This document shows positions 1 to 15,057 of a stretch of 64,000 bases of DNA, piece by piece (the first letter of the stretch is position 1; every line of letters begins with the position of its first letter). The DNA comes from Eledone cirrhosa (Eukaryota). A program made the position numbers and the translations under genes. The notes below the pieces were generated by a model, which was given only the letters and a program-made list of their open reading frames with translations, had not been told where the DNA came from and made no database searches. The DNA lies in assembly GCA_964016885.1 (NCBI GenBank), contig OZ024740.1:262446001-262510000 (forward strand), written 5' to 3'.

Positions 1-1085
1 AAACATCGACAAACTTAAAGAATTTCACACCCTTATAAATGGGCTCAACACGAATATTAATTTTACAATGGAATACAGCCATCAACAACTCCCCTTCCTC
101 GACATCTTCCTTAAGATTCATAAAAAAAAAAAATAGAAACAGACATATGCTACAAGCCCACAGACTCCAAGCAATATCTTCCTTTCAACTCTTGCCACCC
201 TAGACACGTTAAAATTAATATTCCCTACAACTTAGCCAAGAGAATCTGTACTATAGTCTCCAATAAAAACACCTGTTACTTACGGCTACTAGAACTAAAG
301 GACACACTCATAGGCAGGGACTACGCTGCATCACTAATTAACAATGGAATCCAACGTGCCCTAAAACTCAGTACCCAGGACCTTAGACACCCTAAAGTAA
401 ATCAATCGAAACTAAAAGCTCTTCCATACATCTCCACACACAACCCCCTCAACAATGAGGCCTTTGACACCATCCTCCAGAACATCCCTGTGTTAAAAAA
501 GAACCATAGAATGAACCAAATCCTTCGAACACACGATATCATAAAGAGCAAAAGACAATCTAAGTCAATGAAAAACATCCTAACACAAGCCAAAGTACTG
601 CCAACCACAACAACGAAACCCACAGTAAAAAAATGCGATAGACCCAACTGTGGCATATGCATCAACCTAATAGAGGGTTCGGAATTCCATTAGATTGATG
701 TATATGCCACAGGTGGGTCTATCGCATTTTTTCGGAATTCTATTTCAAAGAAGGACAACGTTTTATAGTAAAACACAATTTCACATGCGCATCAGAAAAT
801 CTAATATATGTATTAACTTGCTCAGATTGTCGAGAACATTACATAGGCCAGACTAAAAACAGTCTCCGCCAACGCATGATTGTCCATAGATCCCAAATTA
901 AAATACGGGAATACAGAAAAATACCACTGAGTGAACACATTGATACCTGTGTCGCCCAAAATCATCCCAACTTTAGAATCTTTCCCCTCTACAAATTTAA
1001 AGATAATGCGACCCACATCCAGCGCATCAGCAAGGAATCTCACTTTATTAACAAATACGGACCCCGTCTAAACACTTCTCCCTAA
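1..1085 (+). mobile_element. Penelope-like element, decayed RT C-terminus plus GIY-YIG endonuclease
   Basis: Translation across frameshifts gives LPFLDI, YKPTDSKQYLPFNSCHP, CDRPNCGIC, NLIYVLTCSDCREHYIGQTKNSLRQRM..H and KESHFINKYGPRLN. These are typical PLE RT-thumb and GIY-YIG motifs. Confidence 0.9.
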
Positions 1086-2546
<1,461 letters not shown>

Positions 2547-2899
2547 TATTGGGGCTTGTCAGCAAATCTATTCTTAGAGGTCTAGTTAAGACTATTAGGA
2601 AGAAATCCAACCTGTCCTAGTGAGAGAATAGTGAGTCTCTTAGTAAGTGCTTCAACTACTTCAACACGAAAATGGCCAAATTCACTCGGTTCAACATAGT
2701 GTACTTTTACCCGCCGATTTTGGTGCCTTTGTTGGATAAAGCGTTGGAATTCGCCACTACGTATACCGCCGTCCATGGTCGGATAGACAGATCATTACAC
2801 ATACCTCTTCAGTAATGGTGTAGCCTGGACAAAAAAATGCGACTCCCTATGAAATGCTTGATGTCTCAATGGGATCATTCGACGTGCTGTATTATACAT

Positions 2900-3175
2900 A
2901 TCAGCGTAAATCATCTAGTCATAAGCTTACACCTTCTCTCACAAACATCCAGACCCTTCAACAAACAGAATGAAAAGTTAACCTCTATACGCAAAGATGT
3001 CACCCACAGTCTTCAAAATGTTCATAAAACATATCAGTACTAGGCTTTCTAATCTTCCTTTTAACAAGGCCATCTTTCATAGAGCGGTACGCTACTACAA
3101 CAGTGCGTTAGCCAAAAGCGGCATCTCGGATAAAAATGTTTTACTCCACTCCTAATCGCACTACCAGTATGAAAA
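2900..3175 (+). mobile_element. PLE RT-thumb remnant
   Basis: Frameshifted translation STRLSNLPFNKAIFHRAVRYYNSALAKSGISDK resembles the thumb segments of the PLEs at 35050-35180 and 57420-57560. Confidence 0.5.
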
Positions 3176-3178
3176 GAA

Positions 3179-3273
<95 letters not shown>

Positions 3274-3297
3274 TTTATTATAGTTTGTAGACTACAT

Positions 3298-3409
<112 letters not shown>

Positions 3410-3941
3410 TCATATATGTCGGGGTAACCACATTAGGTATGGTACTCAGTGCATTAGTATTAGAAGGAAATCATCAGAAAAGCCTGTGATTTCCCTCGAA
3501 TGAAACAGTTCAAGTCATGTAGAAGCCATTTCTATATTTAATTTTGTTATATATATGTGTGTGTCTGAGGGTGGATGGGGGGGGGGGAGGTATATACTAG
3601 CACACTCCTCGTAAAAAATTACGGGGTTTGCAATTTAATAATTACAACCAATCTATCTAACAATCTTCGGACCACTATTGGGATTTCTGCTTTGTTATTG
3701 TGCTTATTGTTCATGACCTCCAATAGATACATTGGTAAAGGTACATAAATAAATATTGACTGACAGTCAACCCGAGGGACATATAAATAGAAAGATAAAC
3801 TGGTAGACAAATATATATGTAGATAGATAGTGTGTGTGAGGGAAAGAGAGGTGGAAAAAGAGATTGTTTCTATTGTTTCTATTGTGCTAAGATCCATACA
3901 TTCAGAGGTAGATATACTCGCCCACTACCATATATTCAATA

Positions 3942-3943
<2 letters not shown>

Positions 3944-4008
<65 letters not shown>
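3944..4008. repeat. (GA)n microsatellite
   Basis: Seen directly in the sequence. Confidence 0.98.
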
Positions 4009-4011
<3 letters not shown>

Positions 4012-4542
4012 TCAAATTATCATTTGTAAACAAATCCAGAATGTGTCAGTGGTGTTGCACCAAAATGAGGCTGACGAAAATTTCTGTTATTTTAAGTCTT
4101 ATTCGCTCAACTTTTCTAAAAATAGATAATTTTTACATATTATCTCTTAAGTTAATTTCATTAAAATGCGTATCCTTTCAACGTATGCCACTAACAAGCA
4201 TTGCCAAACGTATATAACGCTTAATAATTTTTTGTTTAGCATTAGCTAACACTTTATATATATTTCGATGTTGGCTTTATAAAAATGTCAAGTGGATTTC
4301 AGACTGGACTACTACCCAAACATTTTAGTGTATTTCGTTGTTCTTATCACGATCTATCACCACACCGCCTTGACTGAGCGAAAAGAAACCAGAAAATTAA
4401 CAACTTTAGCACGTAATTTATTTGCTGTTGCTCTTTCAGTATACAACAGGTTCTACACATCTGAAATACCACGAAACTCTGTTACTACTCGTCTAATATT
4501 CTTTTATTTTTTCACGCATATACCCTGATGCTTTAAGTGAAA

Positions 4543-4720
4543 GTGTGTGGCTTAGTGGTTAGAGTGCATGGATCAGTAGTGTAAGATGATGAGTTTGAAT
4601 CCTGAACTAGGCAACGCGTTCTGTCCTTGAGCAAGGAATTCTGGTGGCCACTCATTTGGAAAACGAGTTGCAGCAATAGCGGTGCCAAGCTGTATCGGCG
4701 TTTTCCCTTGCCTTGGATAC
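4543..4720 (+). mobile_element. tRNA-derived SINE, family B
   Basis: A-box TGGCTTAGTGG, B-box-like GTTTGAATCC, then GTCCTTGAGCAAGG. Relatives lie at 12840-13070 and 56369-56490. Confidence 0.7.
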
Positions 4721-5257
4721 TATTGCTTTTGTGCAGAACGGAGTCTTTCATGCATGGCTGACTATAAATTATACACAAAACACTATACTTATGCTGGTGC
4801 CTCAGATAGGTAAATCCATAGTCAGTCATCCACGGGAGCAAAACAACACATGATTATTCAGGAATGAAAAGCTCCCTTTCCTGTGTTTCATCTCTAAATT
4901 TCACACCAACCACAAACCTACTATTCCGCACATTTTTTCGTCCGCCCACATCTTTCTTACACTCACCGATCTACAGAGTTTACAATAAAAATATCCATCG
5001 ATTTCTTCTGTGATTTTGTTTCCACAGAATGGTCTGATTCGTCAGCCTCTATTAAGTTTCATTTTAGTTTGATTATGTTTTGAAGCTATTTGAATTAAAT
5101 AAATTTTGTTCTTCAGTGTGTACTTTCGTAATACTACAAGGGTTATTTTATTTGAGTTTTCCAGATAAGAACAGGCCTGAATAACCTTGTATTCATGTTA
5201 AATGAAGTCTTTTTAATGTTAAATTTAGGCAAGTGTACTAAGAATGTAGCGATTATT

Positions 5258-5445
5258 ATGGATTGGCAGTATCAGTAGAGGGTCGGACGCCATGCTTTCC
5301 AGCATAGTTACGTCCCTTTAACATCTGAGTTCAAATCCCGCCGAGGTTGACTTTGCCTTTCATCCTTACGGGGTCGATAAAATAAAGTACCAGTAATGCA
5401 CTGGTTGATTGCTGGCCTTGTGCCTAAAGTAGAAACAATTATTAT
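5258..5445 (+). mobile_element. tRNA-derived SINE, family A
   Basis: TGGCAGTATC..G A-box, GTTCAAATCC B-box, core CTTTGCCTTTCATCCTTACGGGGTCGATAAAATAAAGTACCAG and tail AGAAACAATTATTAT. At least 10 copies occur in the window. Confidence 0.9.
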
Positions 5446-5479
5446 ATTTTTCCATTTCTGTCTAGTGTTAATTCGTTGA

Positions 5480-5900
5480 CGTCCCATTGAGAATCTGAAA
5501 ACATATCACAGGAGCACTTAGGATAGTGATATCTATAATCTTGTGTTTTGAATTTAACATCGTTTTAAGTGTTAATCTAATGTGTCGATAATATTCCTTA
5601 AACTTGTCATTCTTTTATGTTTGCTCTGTTCGGTTTAGTTCATCAATTTGCAAGTATTTCAAACTTTGTACTTGGTGTAATATTTTTTATCTCTTTATCA
5701 TTGGTCTTATCTCTTTATCATTGGTCTTCTTAATTAATTTCCCTCCCTTCATATTTGCCTTTGCGGATAGTTTTAATCCAAATCTCATTTCAATTCATCT
5801 AATAATTCCCTATAATGCCTGTAGTTGTGTTTCTAGTTGTTTATCGTCTGCAACTTGATATTGTCTATATATAAGACAAGATTCGTTGACTTCCCTCAGC
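5480..5900 (-). mobile_element. Old R4/Dong-like non-LTR RT remnant
   Basis: Minus-strand translation fragments LYIDNIKL, IEMRFGLK and KEYYRHIRLTLKTMLNSKHKII..PVI resemble the R4-clade RT domain 5 to thumb region. Heavily decayed. Confidence 0.5.
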
Positions 5901-6079
5901 ATATTTATGCGACACTACTCAGGTTTAATGCGTTAGATAAAGATGACGAATTAGGAGAGTCACTAACGTGTCGAAGTAAGTGCATCAGTATAATTTTCGC
6001 TTGCTGTGCTCTGAGTTCAAATCCTGCGGATGCTATCTTTGCTCTTCATTTTTTCACATTCCATAAATAAATTACCAGT

Positions 6080-6158
<79 letters not shown>

Positions 6159-6170
6159 CACACACAGTCA

Positions 6171-6330
6171 AGGCAGTAAATTGGCAGAATCGTTAGAACG
6201 TCGGATAGAATACTTTGCAGTATTTGTTTCGGTTCTCTGCTCTTTTCGAGTTCAAGTGCCCTCGAGGTAAACTTTGCCTTACATCCATTCGAGGTCGATA
6301 AAAACGTACCAGTCTAGTATTGGCGCCGAT
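6171..6330 (+). mobile_element. SINE family A (older subfamily)
   Basis: TGGCAGAATCGTTAG, GTTCAAG and CTTTGCCTTACATCCATTCGAGGTCGATAAAA. Confidence 0.8.
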
Positions 6331-7016
6331 TCATCCTCTATATCTCTTTCTCATTTCCATCATCTCACTCTCTATCCTTCTCTGGAAGAAATCTGGTATA
6401 TTCAGACCTGGAGAGGATTGGGCTCCGCCAGGTTTGAAAATGCCCAAGACACAAATTATGTCGAGACGGCGCCCCCACGGCTCCTTCAGGAGTTACGGGA
6501 CCATGCATATACAGCCAGTGCTAGTATATGTAGGTTTTGTAATGTATCATAAAAAGGTATAAACAGAGAAACAATATTTTTTAAAAGTAAATTACTTGAA
6601 CACTCGCCAAAACATCTTCCGGTTTATTCAATTTCATATAGAGACGTTTAATCCATGAAAAAAATTGTAGAGTTCCAATGTGTTTCAGCAATGGTGAGAC
6701 ATGGACCAGTGATAATCAAAGACATAATTGAACCGGGATTGAGAATAAAACGTGTAGTGACTTTCAAATAAAACATTTCTTTCGACTCTCAGATAATCCG
6801 TAGGCTCTATTCTAGCAGCATACAATGTAGCAAATTGGTTGTAATTAAAATGAAATTTGTTTTCGTGGCGGCCAAACGATACGAACTTGCAACGACATTT
6901 GTCATTTTGAGTTTTATTTATTTAATATTTAAGTGCAACACTTACATTTGCTGAAGTCAGAAAACCATGCGGACAAATGCACAGAAATTCACATTTATTA
7001 TATCTGTATATGTATG

Positions 7017-7154
<138 letters not shown>

Positions 7155-7389
7155 GTAACCTATTTTGATGTGGATAGATGTGCATATGCGAAAGTGTTAT
7201 ATCTCCAACTTTTTACTTTCGCTTCGTTCTTCTTCCTTTTTGGCTTCTCATCAGCATTCATCTTTGTATCTTACCATCTCTTCCATTACCCCCACCTTCT
7301 CCCCATCTTCCTTCGCCTTCTCCTCCATCTGTCTTCGCTAAACTTTATCACTATGTCTTCTTTAACACTCACAGCACCACCTGCAGCAC

Positions 7390-7600
7390 GAAACCACACC
7401 ACGACCACCACCATCACTACCACCACCACCATCACCACCATCATCACCACCACCATCACCACCACCAACACCACCACTACCACCATCACCACCAACCACA
7501 GCAACAACACTATGAACACAAAACACCGCCGCCTCACTTCTTCCACCAACACAACCGCCGTCGTTGCAGCCAACTACATCAACAACAAAAACACATCTTC
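7390..7600. repeat. (CAC)/(CAA) low-complexity tract
   Basis: Seen directly in the sequence. Confidence 0.9.
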
Positions 7601-8127
7601 AATGTAGTCGTCGAAATCGTTCCTTTTCACTTTCTTTCGTTACTTTATTCCACTTAATTACTTATCTCTTTTACATTCTCTACCCTAAAGACAAACCACC
7701 TGATTCGATATATTTTTAAACACCATGTTCTACTTACTCTCTTTCTATATTTCCTTTGATTCTCAAGGTGGAGAGCGCCATCCCTCCACCTTCTTCTTTT
7801 CTCTCCTTCTTTTCCTTCACTTTTCCCTTACTCACCAAGTCACTCTCTTTAACACACTCACTCCCTCTTTATTCCTACCTATTTACACCACAAGCATTTC
7901 CCTGTCTAAAACATCATCTCATTGTATCTACATATACATAATCACATATGCACACACACACACACAAACACGCACACACATATACACATACAGAGACACA
8001 TATGTACGCATATGTATGTATGTATGTAAGTACGTATGTACGTATGTATGTATGACTGTATGTATGTAAGTACGTATGTACGTATGTACGTATGTTTGAC
8101 TGTATGTATGTATGATTGTATGTGGGA

Positions 8128-8164
<37 letters not shown>

Positions 8165-8263
8165 CATCTAATATATATCTATATATCTATACACCTACAC
8201 GCACACACAGAGTGAGAAATGAAATTTCGTTTCATTTTTTCCGTTTATATATATATATACACA

Positions 8264-8304
<41 letters not shown>

Positions 8305-8306
8305 TC

Positions 8307-8389
<83 letters not shown>

Positions 8390-8404
8390 ATATATATATA
8401 TATA

Positions 8405-8530
8405 AGTTTTAATATAGATGAGATTCTACAGGACTAGAACTGTTTCATTCATTAGAAATCATCAGATTCCTGATGATTTCTAATGAATGAAACAGTTCTA
8501 GTCTTGTAGAATCTCATCTATATTAAAATT
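8405..8530. repeat. Near-perfect palindrome (~61-bp arms, 4-nt loop) with hammerhead core
   Basis: 8405-8465 is the reverse complement of 8470-8530. The right arm reads CTGATGA-tttctaatgaat-GAAACAGTTC. Confidence 0.9.
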
Positions 8531-8597
8531 TTTTATACTCTGCTATGTATTGAGTACCTTACTTACTGTGGTTACCTCCGATTCAACCCGGAATAAC

Positions 8598-8672
<75 letters not shown>

Positions 8673-9770
8673 CGTGTGTGTGTGTGTGTGTATATACACA
8701 TACACCTTATATCTAATTTTATTTCTTTATATAAGCCCCTGTTATTCGCTATATGATGTTTCAACCTCTCCTATTCTCTTTATTACATTTTCCTCGTCAA
8801 CGTTTTACGAATTCCCCTGTGACTGACTCTTACTATTTCACTATATTGGTTAATGTCTGTCATTTCACTCCCTGGGATCTCTCCTTTTCTTCCTGTTATT
8901 CTTTCTGACAGCCTCTTTAACTTGTCTCTGTCACTCCCTCTCTGGCATCCCCCCCATATAAAAACATATAGTGTACGTTACTCTCAGACAAGTTGCACTC
9001 ACCTTGCATTCTACACTTTGCTTTCTTCTTCTCCGTATTCCTTCACTCCCTATTCTCAATAAACTCTCCTATACTACAACTGTTAATCATTTATTCTATC
9101 ATCATATTCATTGCCTCTCTCAATCGCGGATTACACTCCCCCATTTCCCTCATTCTGTTACACTGACGGATACAAGCGGAAGAGATCCATACATACCAAT
9201 AAATACACAAACGCAGACACCCCAAAACACACACACATACACACACACATACATACACAATGGCATACGCACACAGCAGACATAGTTTTTCCTTACATGT
9301 TAAGAAACAAAATGAAGCCAGGTATTTGAGACAGCCATCAGATTTATGCCAAAGGTGGTTTTGTATTCATAATATAACAAAACATGTGTCATGTCCATAA
9401 AGGAACTGAAATGTTGAGGGCCAAAGGAAGGATCTATTATAAGCCGTCTTAAAACAGATAAAGTTTAGCGCCTAAATTTCCTCGGCTTCTTTATTTCCTT
9501 TCAGCACATATAAAGAAAAACAAACACTAGTCTAATACACCCACCCAGACACACACACACACACACACACACACGCACTTACACACACCTATCTATATAT
9601 GTATATATACATTAATAGATATATTTATATATGTGTGTATATATATATATACATACATACACACATAAACACACAGACACGCACAAACAAACACACACAC
9701 AGATTAATAGATATATGTATATTATGTGTGTGTATTTATATATTTATCTCATTATATATATATATTTATT

Positions 9771-9904
<134 letters not shown>

Positions 9905-11429
9905 TATATATCTATGTATGATGTGTATGTGTCTGTAGCAAAAAGCTGAAGAGAAACGGCATTCAAACTTTCCAGTATTACTACGATAATACATGGTCAA
10001 AGTTAATGTAGGATTTATTTTTATCTATAAATTCTTTCTTTTTTATATTAGTTATGGTGCCTATTGGCAAGAATTATTTTTATATATAATATACTTGCTG
10101 TCATTTGGAAGTGATTCAAAAGATCATTTCTATATATTCTGACGACTGTTCGATTCCCAGTTGAGTAAAATACATTCTACTTCAATGTCTCTTGTGTCCC
10201 AATGTGTCCCTTACCTCTCAAGATATTTGCCGATAATTCAGAAAGAATTTATTACATCAAAGCTGTTCATATATATCACATTGGCGACATACATTTAAAA
10301 AAAAATATGATTTATTATTGCTCGTTAATCAAGTTTTGTTTACGACACAAAATGAACGAAATTAATAAATAATCAATTGAATAACCTATCATATATCAGT
10401 TATCACATGTTTAATTTGCCGCAGAGTTGTCAGACCTTAAATATGCTTCACAGACAAATTTAAGTCCTCGATAAGTGTCCTATTTTACATCTTTTATTAA
10501 TGTTCTCTCTCTCTCCCTCCCCCTCTCTCTCTCTCTCTCTCTCTCTCGCTCTCTCCTTTTGTCTCTTTCTCTTTCTCCTTTTGTCTCTTTCTCTCTCTCT
10601 TTTTTCTCTTTCTCTCTCCCCCTCTCTCTTATTTCCTTCGCTCTCACTCTCTTATTTTCTCTCTCGCCCCCTCTCTCTCTTCTCTCCCTCTATCTTGCTT
10701 TTATTTCTTAATCATAGGGTGTATTAGATAACTTTCTCAGTCTGTCATTGTTTACAAGTTGAGATAATTAAATAAAAAAATATTATTTAAAAAGAAAGAT
10801 CACAGTTGTTTCACGAAAAGCCCAGAGATTACCGACGGCACCCAGTTTTGAATGCTCAAAATGATATTTATTTGTAACAGAGTAAAAAAACAATCAATTT
10901 CGAAAGAGGAGGGTATCGTCTATAGTTTCTAACATATAATGGATTATCCGTCGGTTTCAACGATGAATATTCAGTTGTTTGAGCAAGTAAAAGTCTATGT
11001 CATGAATTAACATGTAAGTTTTTCACGAACACACTTAACGTACGAGGGTCAGCTGAAAGTTCATATGCTGACTACGAAGGAATGATTATATAGCTGTGAA
11101 ATCTTATATTTACCATATTTAGGTTTATTCAATACATCTAAAATATATATCAATCATGTTTCTCAATAATACAGCTTGTAATCATTTTGAAGTATGTATA
11201 TTTACTTACGTAGTGTTTGCCCTGTATATGTACAAAATACAAATAATTCCTCATTTGATATATAAACTTTTTTATATATCGTTTAAACTTACATATATAC
11301 AGTATATATATATATATATTTAGTTCAGATTAAAAGGTTAAATAATGAATCTCTGATTTCTTCCTAAGTGGGATCACCTGAAACACATTGTTATTACTAT
11401 ATATATATATACACTCACACACACACACG

Positions 11430-11479
<50 letters not shown>

Positions 11480-11745
11480 AAATACAATATGTTGAAAAGG
11501 TAACACACTAGAGAGAGATAGTGCGCCATCAATAAAACAGGGAAAAATCACCAGTGTATGGAATCTATAACCTATGAGAGGCAGGGTAGACACACAATAA
11601 TTACAAATATAAATTAAAATGTATATACGCACCTCTATAACTAGTTAGCTTTTCAACATATTGTATTGTAAAGAGGTCAGGATTCCTTTTCCTTTGACCA
11701 CATTATTAACGAGAGTCTATGGCTCCGTTAATTTATCGTGATATT

Positions 11746-11869
<124 letters not shown>

Positions 11870-12229
11870 TATAAGTAAATGAGACAGTTATAACTCCAAT
11901 CTGTCCGCAAAACACTGAGCAAATGTCCTAAACCGTACGCCAACCTGCACTCATAACTCCTGCTAAACAAATTCGCAACCCTCCCTTCAAACTGCGTAAA
12001 CCGAACACAGACCGCAGCAGCCATCAAATGAGGAAAACAGACATTATTAAGCTGCATCTGTCATATTAAGTAGTTTATATATATATATATATATATCAAA
12101 TATCAAACATTAAGTTATAAACTGGAAATAGTCTTTTACAATTAAATATATATATACATATATATTTCGTTTCTGAATTTGTTTAGCAAGATTCTTTATC
12201 TGAAAACGTGTGTTGAAACCGATATTGTT

Positions 12230-12796
12230 ATACTTTGGGAGGGTCATGTTGCCAATAAGAAATTAGAGAATATAGATATAAAAATAGAATCTACACACAG
12301 AAAAGACGCAATGTTTAGACAAATCACAGAGGCAATAAACATAAATGAACTCCAATCAAAATTAAATAGAAAGCATGAATGGAACAGCAACATCACAACT
12401 TACAATTAAGGACAAAATGAAAACACACACATACAACAAACAACCAACCAGTAACATGTAAATAAACAAATAAATAAACAAATGTAAACACACACAGACA
12501 CCTGATGTAACACATGCGCAAACTAAGCACACGCACACACAAAAACAAGATGGCGTAGGACAGAACAAAGGAGAGGCACAAAAACAAAGAAAAGAATACC
12601 CAGTCACTGAAGAGGTCACAGAATGTGTGAGGAAAGAACTTTGACAATATATGAACAATCGTCTGGTTGTGGAACCAACCAACCGGAAATTTATAAATTC
12701 CTAAATTAATAAATTTAATTTATAATAAATTGAAGTGAAAGCAACTGGTGCGTATGTTTCTTATCGGCAACATGACCCTCCCAAAGTATAACAATA

Positions 12797-12800
<4 letters not shown>
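12230..12800 (+). mobile_element. 5'-truncated PLE: GIY-YIG C-terminus, trailer and hammerhead
   Basis: Translation H...IKIESTHRKDAMFRQITEAININELQSKLNRKHEW. HHR at 12603-12645. Ends in poly(A) then (TA)n. Confidence 0.75.
12603..12645 (+). ncRNA. Minimal type I hammerhead ribozyme
   Basis: gtca-CTGAAGA-gg(tcaca gaatg tgtga)g-GAAAGAACTT-tgac. Stem I gtca/tgac and helix II pair. Helix III is weak. Confidence 0.65.
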
Positions 12801-12839
<39 letters not shown>

Positions 12840-12845
<6 letters not shown>

Positions 12846-13070
12846 CCGTGTGATGTGTTGTTTCCTTGAGCAAGACACTTTATTTCACATTGCTCCAGTT
12901 TACTCAGCTGCAAAGTGGTCGTGGAGGTGCCACGGCAAAAAAGCACCCAGAACTCACTGTAAATGAGGTTGGTGTTAGGAAGGGCATGCAGCTGTAGAAA
13001 TCAAGCCAGAATTAGTTCCCGTCCCACCCTTGCAAGCAGGGAAAAGTGGACGTAAAATGAAATGAAATGA
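12840..13070 (+). mobile_element. SINE family B, 5' truncated
   Basis: TCCTTGAGCAAGACACTTTATTTCAC body and (TGAAA)n tail. Confidence 0.7.
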
Positions 13071-13550
13071 TATATATATATATATATATATTAGTAAAAA
13101 GGAAAAGTAAATGCTGACAAATTTGTCCCAGTGAAAAATAGTTTAATTAGGAATAAGTATAAATTAGTAATAAGTATTGGTTAGTATTCAGTTTTAGTTT
13201 TAAGTTTTTACCGGTTGCACATTCCTAATATATATTTATTTATATATATATATATGAATATATATATATATATGAATGTATATATAGTGTTTTTTGCAAT
13301 ACTCTGTATGCTTAATTAAAAGCATTTCGAAGACCTTACGCTATTGTTTTAGAGTAGTGACAGTCTCACTTACTTTAAATTTTCAGCAAACAGGGGAGAT
13401 AAAGCTGACAGAGCTACGTTTCGTACTGATTGGTACGTATCAAAGCCAAGTACTCCACCTGTTTGCTGAAAATCATGAATGTTTGATTCTTATAGAATTT
13501 CTAGTAATAATCAGGAACTGATTATACAGAGTAGTTGCCGGGCAAGCAGA

Positions 13551-13675
13551 AATTGAAAATTAGAATTGGCGCTCTGAAATAGCGATATATATATATATAT
13601 ATACAGTGTATTGCAAAATACATTATATCTACATTCATATATATATAGCTATTTCAGAGCGCCAATTCTAATTTT

Positions 13676-13680
<5 letters not shown>
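13551..13680. repeat. Inverted repeat, ~45-bp arms converging on TA tracts
   Basis: ATTGAAAATTAGAATTGGCGCTCTGAAATAGC pairs with GCTATTTCAGAGCGCCAATTCTAATTTTCAAT. Confidence 0.9.
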
Positions 13681-13744
<64 letters not shown>

Positions 13745-13764
13745 TATATACACATATATACATA

Positions 13765-13837
<73 letters not shown>

Positions 13838-13840
<3 letters not shown>

Positions 13841-14369
13841 GATAAATCTACCAATAGTTTACGGTAGTGTCCAATCCGTATGAAGAACTCAATGTATTCA
13901 GGATATCATGGAAAGAAGAGATGCAATGAAAAATCACTTTCGGTGAAAGATAAACGGAATACAGAGTCAAGATAAAATATTAAACAAATACTGAATAAAA
14001 CAATGAAACAGTTCCTTATATTAAACAAAAAAAGTTCATTATTTAACGATCGTTTCTAGGATATATATGTTTTAGAATTGGCATGCATATTCAACAGATC
14101 TATGTACAAAATTATACAAAATTATACAAACTATCAAGATTAAATATACATACCAAACACATATATATGCCGTCTTCAGAAATATATATGTGTTTGGTAT
14201 GTATATTTAATCTTGATAGTTTGTATAATTTTGTATAATTTTGTACATAGATCTGTTGAATATGCATGCCAATTCTAACACATATATATCCTAGAAACGA
14301 TCGTTAAATAATGAACTTTTTTTGTTTAATATAAGGAACTGTTTCATTGTTTTATTCATTATTTGTTTA

Positions 14370-14378
<9 letters not shown>
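13838..14378 (-). mobile_element. Fold-back cassette: ~135-bp tail plus ~197-bp-arm palindrome with HHR, between (TA)n
   Basis: Arms 13972-14168 and ~14183-14378. A homologous cassette lies at 32489-32900. Confidence 0.85.
14040..14184 (-). ncRNA. Type I hammerhead with 116-nt helix II insert
   Basis: Minus strand: tattt-CTGAAGA-[cggcatatatatgt...acatatatatccta]-GAAACGATCGTT-aaata. Palindromic helix III ACGATCGT. The base of helix II is mismatched. Confidence 0.65.
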
Positions 14379-14425
<47 letters not shown>

Positions 14426-14924
14426 GAGAGAGAGAGAGAGAGGTAAGGAGATAGAGAGAGATCATATGAAAGTCTGTAAGAGGATTTGCAATGGAGATAC
14501 GATATTTAAAAAAAATATAGAGTTAGTTGTAAATAAAAAAACAAAAACCTCTTCCATCTCTAGCAACATCATCGTTACTGCCACCATCATCTTCAACTAC
14601 ATCTTCGTCACCTCTACTAGTACCCCCCATCATCACTACCAACACCACAACCACAACCATCGGCAAAATAACCTAATCTAGAGGAAAAACAAATTTTTTT
14701 AAATATAACCACGTTCAAGTTTTTCATTCTTTCCTTCTTTCTTACTCTCTTACTTTCGTCTTTTTCTCTCTCTTCTCTCTATTCACGTCTTTTCTTCTCG
14801 CTATTGCAACGAGCCGGTGTTTAATGAAAATGTCTGCTGCCTAAGAGAACTCCTGCTAGTCACTACAAATAATCATCAAATCAATTCAGAGAACATAAAT
14901 GTTAAAGAATGGGGTGTGCTTGAT

Positions 14925-14998
14925 ACAACAACAACACTGACAACATCATCATCATCATCATCATCACTACCATCACCACCATCATCATCATCATCATT

Positions 14999-15033
<35 letters not shown>

Positions 15034-15057
15034 AATCAACAACAACAACAACAACAA
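14925..15057. repeat. (CAT)n/(CAA)n microsatellite
   Basis: Seen directly in the sequence. Confidence 0.97.

Noticed and set aside
8405-8530. Palindromes as sequencing or assembly fold-back artefacts
   Set aside because: Arms differ by substitutions and indels, one arm carries a SINE insertion, and the layout recurs across families. Long-read confirmation is still advisable.
11041-11075. mariner-like TIR fragment (TACGAGGGTCAGCTGAAAGTTCA), and hAT-like CAGAGGTTCTCAAAC at 43765
   Set aside because: No partner TIR or transposase found nearby, so too short to call.
13412-13446. Further degenerate HHR-like motifs (also ~6380-6450, 11350-11395, 30640-30715, 43357-43392, 63542-63587)
   Set aside because: Core nucleotides or one core half are missing, so they cannot be separated from chance by eye.
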